Shown one piece after another: positions 17,399 through 25,368 of a stretch of 64,000 nt of DNA (positions within the stretch are counted from its first letter, which is position 1; every line of letters starts with the position of its first letter). Origin of the DNA: Pseudomonas phage vB_PaePAO1-KEN19. Under the pieces are notes generated by a model that was not told where the DNA came from, did not search any database, and was given only the letters and a program-made list of their open reading frames with translations. A program made the translations under genes and the position numbers. Where the stretch lies: sequence record PP456878.1. The stretch is one strand, 5' to 3'.

Positions 17399-17635
17399 TC
17401 ATAGATAGAATGGTTCATGAATAACAACCCGATAACGAGTGTTATATTGGTTAATTGGAAACATATGAACAATCTTAAAATGCAGTTCAGCAACCAAATT
17501 AAAGAATTCAGCATGCATGTTATCAGTTGAAATATCAAATGAGATTGTATCATTAACTGCACAAAGTTCTGAATCAGATGCCTTTGTAATTTCAGTTAGC
17601 CGACTGACAAACTTTTCTTGGTTAGGACTAAGCAT
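17399..17635 (-). CDS. hypothetical protein (78 aa)
   Basis: ORF separated from dcd by 3 nt. Confidence 0.5.
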   Translation of the reverse strand: MLSPNQEKFVSRLTEITKASDSELCAVNDTISFDISTDNMHAEFFNLVAELHFKIVHMFPINQYNTRYRVVIHEPFYL

Positions 17636-17637
17636 TA

Positions 17638-18207
17638 TTAAAGTCTCGCTGTTGTGATACCAATTTGATTTTGATATTTACCATTACGTTTTGCATAACT
17701 AACTTCACATGGGGCATCACCTCTAAAGAACATAAACTGAGCAATACCCATATCAGCATAAATTTTTAGAGGTAGTGTAGTGCAGTTTGCAATCTCAATA
17801 ACGACTTGTCCTTTGAAACCTGGTTCAATAGGAGTGACATTAACAATTGCACCTAGTCGTGCATAGGTTGATTTACCTGTGCAAATAGCTAGGACATCAT
17901 CTGGAATATTAAACGATTCTACAGTATGACCAAGAATATAACTGTTAGGTGGAATAATACAATAATCACCAGTCCAATCTACTAAGAATCCATCACTAGG
18001 GTCTAATGGGTCAATAACTGCACTTGTTACATTAGAAAAGATCTTAAAATTACGGGCTAGCCTTACATCGTACCCATATGAACTAAGCCCATAACTAATA
18101 ATCTTTTTACCATCTTTTTCACGGACCTGGTGACCAATGAAATCCGTAATCATTGGTTCACGACCTTTAGATAAGTCAGTGATTGTTTTATCAGATAGAA
18201 TAGCCAT
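17638..18207 (-). CDS. dcd: dCTP deaminase (dUTPase-superfamily), 189 aa
   Basis: GKSTYARLGAIVNVTPIEPGFKGQVVIEIAN...SYAKRNGKYQNQ aligns with E. coli Dcd (GRSSLARLGLMVHVTA...IDPGWSGCIVLEF...YNRREDAKYRNQQG). Confidence 0.8.
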   Translation of the reverse strand: MAILSDKTITDLSKGREPMITDFIGHQVREKDGKKIISYGLSSYGYDVRLARNFKIFSNVTSAVIDPLDPSDGFLVDWTGDYCIIPPNSYILGHTVESFNIPDDVLAICTGKSTYARLGAIVNVTPIEPGFKGQVVIEIANCTTLPLKIYADMGIAQFMFFRGDAPCEVSYAKRNGKYQNQIGITTARL

Positions 18208-18230
18208 TTTTAACTTTTCCTGTTAAGTAA

Positions 18231-18779
18231 TCATCCCCAGAATCGGGCGATGAAGTGAACACACTCCATCTTTTTAGTTTCTTCCAGGAACTTGAAATAA
18301 CCATCATCCACACCATTGCTCAAAAATAGCTGGCGATAGGTTTTTTCCGAAATGACTTCACCATTAACATCTTGATCGAACATCGTTGGCTTCTGATCAT
18401 AATCGAAGTTCCAGAGGTCTTCCATATTGAAGATCATTGTAAGTGGGTACCAACCATCTTCACTATAATAGGCGTACGGTGTTAGATTGTCCTGTTTGGA
18501 ATTGACAATTTGTGAAAGGCGACCTTCAAAGTTGTTCCATACTGGATGCGAGTCATCACTGACGAGTGTACCAAATCCACAGCCTTTAAGAGTCGGTCGA
18601 CAGAATCGGTTGGTATACTCATTATTATCGGTTAACCAATCCCAAAGATAATAGCAACGGCTAAAGTTAAGAGCCTCGCATGTATGCATGTCAATGAATT
18701 TAAGTACACGTGCACCATCTGAAGAACGTGTGGAACGTTTGGTAACTACAGGGAAAACATCAATACCCATTTTAATCAT
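18231..18779 (-). CDS. hypothetical protein (about 182 aa from the ATG at 18779; the track ORF starts at a GTG at 18815)
   Basis: An ATG lies 4 nt after the stop of the upstream 114-aa gene. The earlier GTG start would overlap that gene by 32 nt. Confidence 0.5.
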   Translation of the reverse strand: MIKMGIDVFPVVTKRSTRSSDGARVLKFIDMHTCEALNFSRCYYLWDWLTDNNEYTNRFCRPTLKGCGFGTLVSDDSHPVWNNFEGRLSQIVNSKQDNLTPYAYYSEDGWYPLTMIFNMEDLWNFDYDQKPTMFDQDVNGEVISEKTYRQLFLSNGVDDGYFKFLEETKKMECVHFIARFWG

Positions 18780-18783
18780 CCAT

Positions 18784-19128
18784 TTAACAGAATTTTTCTT
18801 GACCAGGGATTTCACCGTCCATAACCTCTAGTACCCAACGGCCAGTCATCAACTCACGTGCAACATCACATGCCGCCCCGCCAATCTTCTCAGCTACTTT
18901 GTCCAGCAGAATTGGATGATAGTTGTGATCACCCATTACTGCGAACTTGCTTTCCCGTTCTATTTCAGCAAGTAAATCAGTGTCAACCCATTCAACACGC
19001 CCATCTGGATAGACAATATTAAGACCATACCACTTACAATAGTTTTCGATGGTTACAACTGGAATGTCATAAACACCTTTAAAACACAGCGGTAACTTAC
19101 GATCTGAGTAATGAATACGTTCAGTCAT
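18784..19128 (-). CDS. hypothetical protein (114 aa)
   Basis: ORF with a 4-nt overlap to the upstream gene. Confidence 0.5.
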   Translation of the reverse strand: MTERIHYSDRKLPLCFKGVYDIPVVTIENYCKWYGLNIVYPDGRVEWVDTDLLAEIERESKFAVMGDHNYHPILLDKVAEKIGGAACDVARELMTGRWVLEVMDGEIPGQEKFC

Positions 19129-19544
19129 TTGCCATTCACCAATTCAAAATAATTTTTTAGTAGATCTTCAGTTATTGGACGAGTATGTTCTTTAATCGAT
19201 AATTCCTTACTGTCCATTTCAATTTCATATTCAGAAATTTGAAATTGCTTATGTGGCACTGAACCATCTAACATAATGATCACATCTGCTAAGACTTGAT
19301 CCACTGCACATTGCAACAAATTATTAACTTGTTGATTATCAGTAAGTGAGTAATCATTGATGGCTTTATTACGAATGTCATATAGCCTTTTACTTAAAGG
19401 AGTATTACGTTCAATATGTTCTGTTCGCCACTCTTCTAAAATCTGTTCTGTACTTAGTTTGGATAATGACGATCCGCCAAGTTTCTTCCTAACTTCATTT
19501 TCTGAAAATGGTTTATCATGCCAGAATTGATGATCTTGTTTCAT
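19125..19544 (-). CDS. hypothetical protein (139 aa)
   Basis: ORF in the minus block. Confidence 0.55.
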   Translation of the reverse strand: MKQDHQFWHDKPFSENEVRKKLGGSSLSKLSTEQILEEWRTEHIERNTPLSKRLYDIRNKAINDYSLTDNQQVNNLLQCAVDQVLADVIIMLDGSVPHKQFQISEYEIEMDSKELSIKEHTRPITEDLLKNYFELVNGK

Positions 19545-19556
19545 AGTAAATCCTTT

Positions 19557-19814
19557 TTATAATTTAGAAATAGGTTTTAATACCGTATCTTTTTCATTGA
19601 ATGGATTATAAACTTTATGCGGATTAATCATCTTTAGTTGCTCATTCTTTCTTTCTAAATAAGCATCTGATGGTTTAATTGTTTTAGTTTTCCAAAAGTC
19701 ATCGATTGGTTTTAACTTATCCATTTCTGACTGTTCGTTATCAAAAGGAGTTTCCCGATTTCTTAGTCGGGTCGAATTGAATAGGAGTCGTAAACTCCCG
19801 TCGTAATTCCTCAT
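19557..19814 (-). CDS. hypothetical protein (85 aa; alternative overlapping 54-aa ORF 19745-19905 in another frame)
   Basis: ORF with an ambiguous start. Hairpin 19921-19944 lies upstream. Confidence 0.4.
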   Translation of the reverse strand: MRNYDGSLRLLFNSTRLRNRETPFDNEQSEMDKLKPIDDFWKTKTIKPSDAYLERKNEQLKMINPHKVYNPFNEKDTVLKPISKL

Positions 19815-20076
19815 CTAAATTCTTCTCTTGAATTAATTTAGGAAAATGTTTTCTAACTGTTTTAATTGAAGCTATTAAATTGGAATAGGCTTTTTCTATG
19901 GACATTTTTATAACTCAAAATACATTATAAAGACAGTGGCTAAAACCACTGTCTAATTATTTCCCATAATGATCCACCTATAACTGCACTTAGAAAAAGC
20001 ATTTTGAATATGGGTGGTTCTTCTTGTTCATGTTGCATGTCTGATTTATTATTTTCGCTAGCCATTTTCTTTTACT

Positions 20077-20445
20077 CTAATGCCCACCATATTCTCTAAT
20101 TTTCTCACCATCCCAAAACTCATAACCAGTCATATTGTGATTAAATGGCTTTATTTTAGTAAACCCACTACGATAGATCCAGAAATGACCAGTGCCTCTT
20201 TTTAAGCGGCACTTATACATTGCTTTTTTCTCATATTCCGTGGGAGGGCTAATTTCTAGAACTTCAAGTTCATCACCCCGTATACAGAATAGCGCTGGTG
20301 GATGCTCACAGGATGCTTTCATACCGAGAACACCTGTTGACCAAACTGTATCACCTGGCTTAATAACAGTGATGTCATTTGATACTGGTATTACAGGAAT
20401 TGCACACATATTAGATGCTCCAGAGTAATTACCTCCAAAGAGCAA
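20077..20445 (-). CDS. hypothetical protein (122 aa)
   Basis: ORF. An AATATTACTAAAG promoter-like variant lies about 35 nt upstream (20473-20485). Confidence 0.5.
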   Translation of the reverse strand: MLFGGNYSGASNMCAIPVIPVSNDITVIKPGDTVWSTGVLGMKASCEHPPALFCIRGDELEVLEISPPTEYEKKAMYKCRLKRGTGHFWIYRSGFTKIKPFNHNMTGYEFWDGEKIREYGGH

Positions 20446-20536
20446 ACACTGATATATTCATAGTCTGCTCTTTAGTAATATTTAAGAAGTTGGAATACTC
20501 ATACTGGAGATAAACTAATGTCCATTTATACTAATC

Positions 20537-21139
20537 TCATTGTGTATAATAATTCTTTTTGAGATTATCCATATCGTAAGAATCATGTTTGAACTCAAAC
20601 TTCTTAGCTATCTCACTCGAAAAAGCTTGTTTACGTTTTTCTTCTTGTTCACGGATATCGTAAGGACCATTCTCTTTAACAAGATATTTTTTATACGGCC
20701 CAGTTCCTTGGATATATCCATCAGGAATAATGGTTGTGAGATATTTAGCCTCTACCAACCGGATGCACCGTCCATAACCAACTTCATTGGCATGACGAAC
20801 TTGGATTAGTTGTCTATTCTTGGCAATACGTTCAGATATGCATGGGAAGTAAACCGGATCATCTCCTTTTTTACAGTTACCCATATCAACCTTTGCGTAC
20901 AGAATTTTTCTATGATTGGCTTCGAAGAAAGCCCGAGCTTCACGAATACGTTGGGACCGAATAGCTTCCTTAGTTCTGACATTCTTTAGATGTGCAGGTT
21001 GTAAAAAAGGATTCATCTTTCGCACGTGACGTTGGATAAGTTTTGTCGTGTAATGAGGTGAATCATTAGCCATAGCCAGTAGGCTATTGTACATCTCAAT
21101 CGACATGATTACTTGCTGCGGGTCATTATTGCGCTGCAT
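20537..21139 (-). CDS. hypothetical protein (200 aa)
   Basis: ORF in the minus block. Confidence 0.55.
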   Translation of the reverse strand: MQRNNDPQQVIMSIEMYNSLLAMANDSPHYTTKLIQRHVRKMNPFLQPAHLKNVRTKEAIRSQRIREARAFFEANHRKILYAKVDMGNCKKGDDPVYFPCISERIAKNRQLIQVRHANEVGYGRCIRLVEAKYLTTIIPDGYIQGTGPYKKYLVKENGPYDIREQEEKRKQAFSSEIAKKFEFKHDSYDMDNLKKNYYTQ

Positions 21140-21246
21140 GCTGATCTCCGTATGTGAAATAATGCTTTACTTTAAGGTCATCAGGATTATAAATAACACG
21201 TTGGAATTCATGTTTCTTCGCTAGTTTAAAAGCAGCTTACTTTTCC

Positions 21247-22347
21247 TTAGAAACCTACACGACTTGCTTTGCGTGGGCTACTGCAAGAACTAGTATTCAA
21301 TGCTTCAGCTAAAGTAAGATTATTACCGACAAACTCAACTGGATCTAGACCATTAGCTAAACGAGCTGCATTCGCTTGTTCAGCAGTAAGTGTTTTGAAG
21401 GTAAGAATATCGAAAGCACGGCCAGGTCGAACTAAAGCTTCATCAACATCACGAAGAGTCGGAAGATTAGTAGAAATGATAATCTTGGTCTTAGTAGATA
21501 CTAGACCAGCTGTAGCATTTAATAGCCCTGACATATTACTATTACCATCTACACGTTTAGCCACCATTTTATCAGAGTCTTCTGTAATAATGAGTGAATT
21601 ATCCTCAACACCACGAATAAAATTAGTCAAACCGGCGTGGCCAAGTACATCATCTTGATCAGCTAGATACACATTACGATCATTATAACCACGAGCCCGA
21701 ATAATCTCATTGATATAATTAGACTTACCAGTACCAGGAGGACCAATCAATAGTAGAACATTAGATTCAGATGCAGCGAATTCAGTCCAGATTTCAGCTG
21801 GAGATCGATCTAGGAATGGATACATTTCCATCATATTTGGATTGTAGTTACGAACAGAAATAACTTCACTAAAGCTATATAGTTCATTATTTTGATAGTT
21901 AACCCGAATTCTTTTAATACTAGGTGGACGAGTCTGATCAAATACTTCTTCAAAACGTAATTTAAATACTTTGATCAGTTCTTCATTGGAGTATAATCTA
22001 AAGTTCTGACTAGTGGTACCTTCCATTCCATTCATTAGGAAACCAATGATTCCTTCATCATCTAGTAATGCAAAACCACCACTAATTCTGAATGCTTTCA
22101 GATTTAAAGGGCTTATAACTTCATCACATAGTTTGTAAATTTGTTCTTTGATGAATTCTTTTCTATCAACTCCAAAAGGATAGTGAATACGTAGATCTTC
22201 ACTATCTGAACTAATTCCCTGTTCATTAAGAGTATAGCGATATGCATTGGAAATTGCACGGCCATTATCAACCTCCATAGCAATGGAGATAAAACGATCA
22301 ATCCACTTCTGCTGGACTAACGTAAGTTTGCTATTACGATAATTCAT
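21247..22347 (-). CDS. classic AAA-family ATPase with about 190-aa N-terminal domain (366 aa)
   Basis: Walker A is LLIGPPGTGKS, Walker B is LIITEDSD, and the second region of homology reads TNLPTLRDVDEALVRPGRAFD (arginine finger and sensor 2 typical of classic AAA proteins). Confidence 0.7.
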   Translation of the reverse strand: MNYRNSKLTLVQQKWIDRFISIAMEVDNGRAISNAYRYTLNEQGISSDSEDLRIHYPFGVDRKEFIKEQIYKLCDEVISPLNLKAFRISGGFALLDDEGIIGFLMNGMEGTTSQNFRLYSNEELIKVFKLRFEEVFDQTRPPSIKRIRVNYQNNELYSFSEVISVRNYNPNMMEMYPFLDRSPAEIWTEFAASESNVLLLIGPPGTGKSNYINEIIRARGYNDRNVYLADQDDVLGHAGLTNFIRGVEDNSLIITEDSDKMVAKRVDGNSNMSGLLNATAGLVSTKTKIIISTNLPTLRDVDEALVRPGRAFDILTFKTLTAEQANAARLANGLDPVEFVGNNLTLAEALNTSSCSSPRKASRVGF

Positions 22348-22393
22348 TTGATGTTCCTTTTCTAATTGATAATCTAATTTGAGACGATATAAA

Positions 22394-22413
22394 CCCTCCT
22401 ACTAAGAGGAGGG
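22394..22413 (-). terminator. hairpin ccctcc-tactaaga-ggaggg then minus-sense TTTATATCGTC
   Basis: Stem between genes 22451 and 22347. The same post-hairpin string TTTATATCGT follows hairpin 38896-38913. Confidence 0.45.
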
Positions 22414-22450
22414 TTTATTTTGGCTATTATAACTAATTCATTTGAGAAAA

Positions 22451-23104
22451 TTAATTATTATATTCATCCATCAATTCAGGTAGACGGCTATCTCTAGGAT
22501 CTAAGATTTCAGACCAATCAATTGGCATATATGGCTCATCAGATTCATTTTTATTTAACCATTCTTCTAGTCTCTTTACATCATCGGACCAGTATAGGTT
22601 ATACATAGTTGGCACATTTGCATCTAATGCCAACTGCCACGCTGTATTAGTACCACCACTAATTACAGAGGTTGGTGTCTTTTGTTCACCGTATGCAATA
22701 ATAGTTGAAACAGGTTCACGTAAAGTATGGCCATGAATTTGAAATACATTACGAGTATGTAGTTCAATACCTGTTCTACCTAAACCATTGAAACTTCCCC
22801 GAGCTGCACAGGCCATTGCCATAGCTGTGGGAATGGTATCAGTATATACGGAGGCATCATGAAACCACGCTAGATTCTCAATTCGTCTTCCAAGAAATCC
22901 ATTTCGAATAATGTAAATACGACTTTCTACTGTATCCCATTTATCAGACTGAATTGCACCATACCAACCAGCTCTATCTGATCCATATGCATCGCCTGAT
23001 GAAATACCTATACCTAGATCAACAAATGTTCTTCCTGCGCGTATCATCAATTCTAGGGCCCATGTAGGGGCATAGCGACTACCGACAATAGCTGTCATTG
23101 CCAT
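22451..23104 (-). CDS. DprA/Smf-like (SLOG) Rossmann-fold protein (217 aa)
   Basis: IVGSR...GIGISSGDAYGSDRAGWYGA resembles the DprA GxSxG/GID region, and the IIAYGEQKTPTSVISGGTNTAWQLALDANVP glycine-rich tail is typical of the family. Confidence 0.45.
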   Translation of the reverse strand: MAMTAIVGSRYAPTWALELMIRAGRTFVDLGIGISSGDAYGSDRAGWYGAIQSDKWDTVESRIYIIRNGFLGRRIENLAWFHDASVYTDTIPTAMAMACAARGSFNGLGRTGIELHTRNVFQIHGHTLREPVSTIIAYGEQKTPTSVISGGTNTAWQLALDANVPTMYNLYWSDDVKRLEEWLNKNESDEPYMPIDWSEILDPRDSRLPELMDEYNN

Positions 23105-23814
23105 TATCTAACCCTCATTAGAAGACGGATATCACCGTACTTAAGAACGGCATTTCGGACTTGATAAATAAAAGGTTTAAATTCTTTTCGCTGTTGATCA
23201 GCCGTGAGTGTATAAGTTACTTTGATAGGTTCATTAGGAACATTGCAGAAAGATAGATAACGCGATACTCGACGTAGATTACGTAGGTGATTCTTACCAC
23301 ATTTAGGCCCGACTCGTTGTAACCGACCGTCGATAACCTTCCAATCATAATTAGCTTTAAGGTTTAGAGAATAAAAACTTTCAGTTAAATTCTTATAATA
23401 CTGTAATTGTTTTTGAGAGATTTTATTAATTTTTGGTTCATCTGTTACAAGACGTGGGCTATACCGTGAATAGCAATCTGGTTCTGACATACGATCCCAG
23501 GACATATAAGTATATAGACTCATATATACTGTTTTAGTAACTGGTTTAAGCTCACTCATACCTTTTAGAATAGCTTCACCACTAATCCATGCATCACAGC
23601 GTGGATCATCATCATAACTACTCCACCATTCTGGTTTCTTTTTCAGATCATCAGGAACACCATTATGGTAAGCAAATGGTTTTACATCCCAATAATTGCG
23701 AATATCAAGTAGATATGCATAAAGATCATAATTCTGTGTTAGTTCAATATCTTCGATACCAATCCATTCATTATTTACTTTAGCTTGAGTTTCTAAATAT
23801 ACATAATCACCCAT
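23104..23814 (-). CDS. hypothetical protein (236 aa), stop/start overlap with the SLOG gene
   Basis: ORF with an ATGA-type overlap at 23104. Confidence 0.55.
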   Translation of the reverse strand: MGDYVYLETQAKVNNEWIGIEDIELTQNYDLYAYLLDIRNYWDVKPFAYHNGVPDDLKKKPEWWSSYDDDPRCDAWISGEAILKGMSELKPVTKTVYMSLYTYMSWDRMSEPDCYSRYSPRLVTDEPKINKISQKQLQYYKNLTESFYSLNLKANYDWKVIDGRLQRVGPKCGKNHLRNLRRVSRYLSFCNVPNEPIKVTYTLTADQQRKEFKPFIYQVRNAVLKYGDIRLLMRVR

Positions 23815-24020
23815 TTTCTTTATTTCCTGTATTAGATTAATATAAATGTTTTATAACAACTATTTCAATATTGAATAACGTATTATTGGTTGTTTTAATT
23901 TACTACTCAACCTGATAATGTGTAATACGTCTATCTATATATCTCTTTTCTCTGGTGAAGAGCATTAGCATTATTCCAAGGTAGAGTCCTTATTCTATTA
24001 AACATATGAGTAAATAATCC

Positions 24021-24042
24021 CTCCCCAATAAAGGGGAGGGTA
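24021..24042 (-). terminator. hairpin ccctcccc-aataaa-ggggaggg
   Basis: An 8-bp GC stem 3' of the stop of gene 24057-24458. Confidence 0.45.
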
Positions 24043-24056
24043 TATGTTATCTTAAT

Positions 24057-24458
24057 TCATGCTTTTGAAAGATCATATTTAATAGCTTCATCTTTCATAG
24101 GAGTTAATACAATAGTCACTTTTTCAAAACCATGTATATCCCTACCATTATAAGAAATATCAATACTCTCCCAATCCTGGTTAACTACTTCAGCATGAGG
24201 AATATTTTTAATATTGATAGCATCTGTTTTATCAAACCATTTAAAAACCTTTGGGTTAAATACAAGTTCGAAAGTAGTTTGATATGGATAGCTTTTCTGT
24301 TTAACAAGCCTACTAGATGCTAGTGATGTATTCTCAATGTTTCGAATAACATCAATCATTGCTTTACGGATAGTAAGTAATTTACTTTTCAGAACCAAAT
24401 CAATAAATGCTGGATCAGTTGTCATTACTTCTTTTACAGATGGAAATGTGATTTCCAT
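24057..24458 (-). CDS. hypothetical protein (133 aa)
   Basis: ORF with an AAGAGGA RBS. Confidence 0.55.
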   Translation of the reverse strand: MEITFPSVKEVMTTDPAFIDLVLKSKLLTIRKAMIDVIRNIENTSLASSRLVKQKSYPYQTTFELVFNPKVFKWFDKTDAINIKNIPHAEVVNQDWESIDISYNGRDIHGFEKVTIVLTPMKDEAIKYDLSKA

Positions 24459-24476
24459 AGCATCCTCTTATAGGTT

Positions 24477-24650
24477 AATTATTAAAAGATAAATCATAAT
24501 CACTTTGTCTGCGATTCGGATTAACAGGATCAGGATATTTTCCAGTTTTGATAACTTCTTTTATAGCTCTAAAATCACGTTCTAGAAAATCTAGTTTTTT
24601 AACTAACTCTTTTTCTAATTCTTTATTGAGTAGTCTTCTTAATTTGCTCA
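24477..24650 (-). CDS. small ORF (57 aa, MSKLRRLLNKELEKELVKKLDFLERDFRAIKEVIKTGKYPDPVNPNRRQSDYDLSFNN), not in the ORF track
   Basis: Translated by hand. It fills the 24459-24622 gap, and its stop precedes the RBS of gene 24057-24458. Confidence 0.3.
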
Positions 24651-25018
24651 TCTACGTATACTCTTACAATGAACCAATTGATTAGGCCAAAACCTTTTGG
24701 TGTGATGGTAATGTCATCTTTATATCCATTTTTAGTGATTACATTACGTAATACTTTAATTGCTTCAGGTGGAATAAGATTAGCATTACCGGTAACACTA
24801 TACTCGAAATAATAACCTACACCTGGTAAATAACCTGATGCAATCTGGTTAGTACCTGTGATATTACTAACGTGTTGGAAGTCACTAAAAGCATTCTTGT
24901 AGAATAACAAAATATTAGGAATTACTTCATCCCTAATAGTAGAACTAGTAATGGCATCCGCCGATGGAAAATAAGGTACTAATTCATCTGTTACATTGGT
25001 GCTATTAATATCGGACAT
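24623..25018 (-). CDS. hypothetical protein (131 aa), first gene of the minus block transcribed away from the 25019-25368 control region
   Basis: ORF with a TATATTAC cassette upstream. Confidence 0.55.
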   Translation of the reverse strand: MSDINSTNVTDELVPYFPSADAITSSTIRDEVIPNILLFYKNAFSDFQHVSNITGTNQIASGYLPGVGYYFEYSVTGNANLIPPEAIKVLRNVITKNGYKDDITITPKGFGLINWFIVRVYVDEQIKKTTQ

Positions 25019-25061
25019 AATCTTTTCCTCATTATAAAAGGATAAATATCTTTATGGTAAT

Positions 25062-25100
25062 CCTGTAATATAGATTTAAATTAATTTATAATGAATGGCA
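25062..25100 (-). promoter_or_regulatory. putative promoter, minus-sense ATTCATTATAAATTAATTTAAATCTATATTACAGG (TATATTAC core 25065-25072)
   Basis: Exact core, with the same spacing to hairpin 25105-25123 as in the other cassettes. It lies about 45 nt upstream of the ATG at 25018. Confidence 0.45.
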
Positions 25101-25104
25101 TAAA

Positions 25105-25300
25105 GGAGCCCCTGGTGGGCTCCTTTAATGTAATAGGTCCGACCCCTATCTAGAGGTCGGTGAGTAGCAAGGCACCGTAGTTGGGGTTCGTGTCGTTCCT
25201 GACGATACTTTAGTACCCCGGTTTATTTACGACTGGATCACCCCCTTAAAGTGCAGTGCGTTTTACGCAAACTGCCTTGCTCTATATCATTGCACTGTGC
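25105..25300. ncRNA. GC-rich structured element in a divergent intergenic region: hairpin 25105-25123, hairpin 25139-25160, and an 8-bp long-range helix (gcaaggca 25167-25174 with tgccttgc 25273-25280) enclosing nested stems. Candidate small RNA or leader structure.
   Basis: Local GC content far exceeds the flanking DNA. Multiple nested complementary segments are visible by eye, and there is no ORF. Confidence 0.3.
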
Positions 25301-25328
25301 GTATTTTTATTCGTTAGCTAATCTTATG

Positions 25329-25350
25329 ACTTAGAGTTATATTTACATAC
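25329..25350 (+). promoter_or_regulatory. putative plus-strand promoter, variant box TTAGAGTTATATTTACATA about 20 nt upstream of the SNF2 gene RBS
   Basis: Resembles the minus-strand TTTGAGAT-TATATTAC boxes, with one extra T in the core. An ATTGCACT box like that of cassette 1160-1196 sits at 25289-25296. Confidence 0.3.
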
Positions 25351-25368
25351 CCCTTAAGGAAAAATGCA

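Noticed and set aside
25140-25300. Possible tRNA in the GC-rich intergenic element
   Set aside because: The closing helix spans about 115 nt, too long for a tRNA. There is no GTTCRANYC T-loop with a complementary 5-bp stem, and no anticodon arm of correct geometry. I kept it as an unclassified structured RNA instead.
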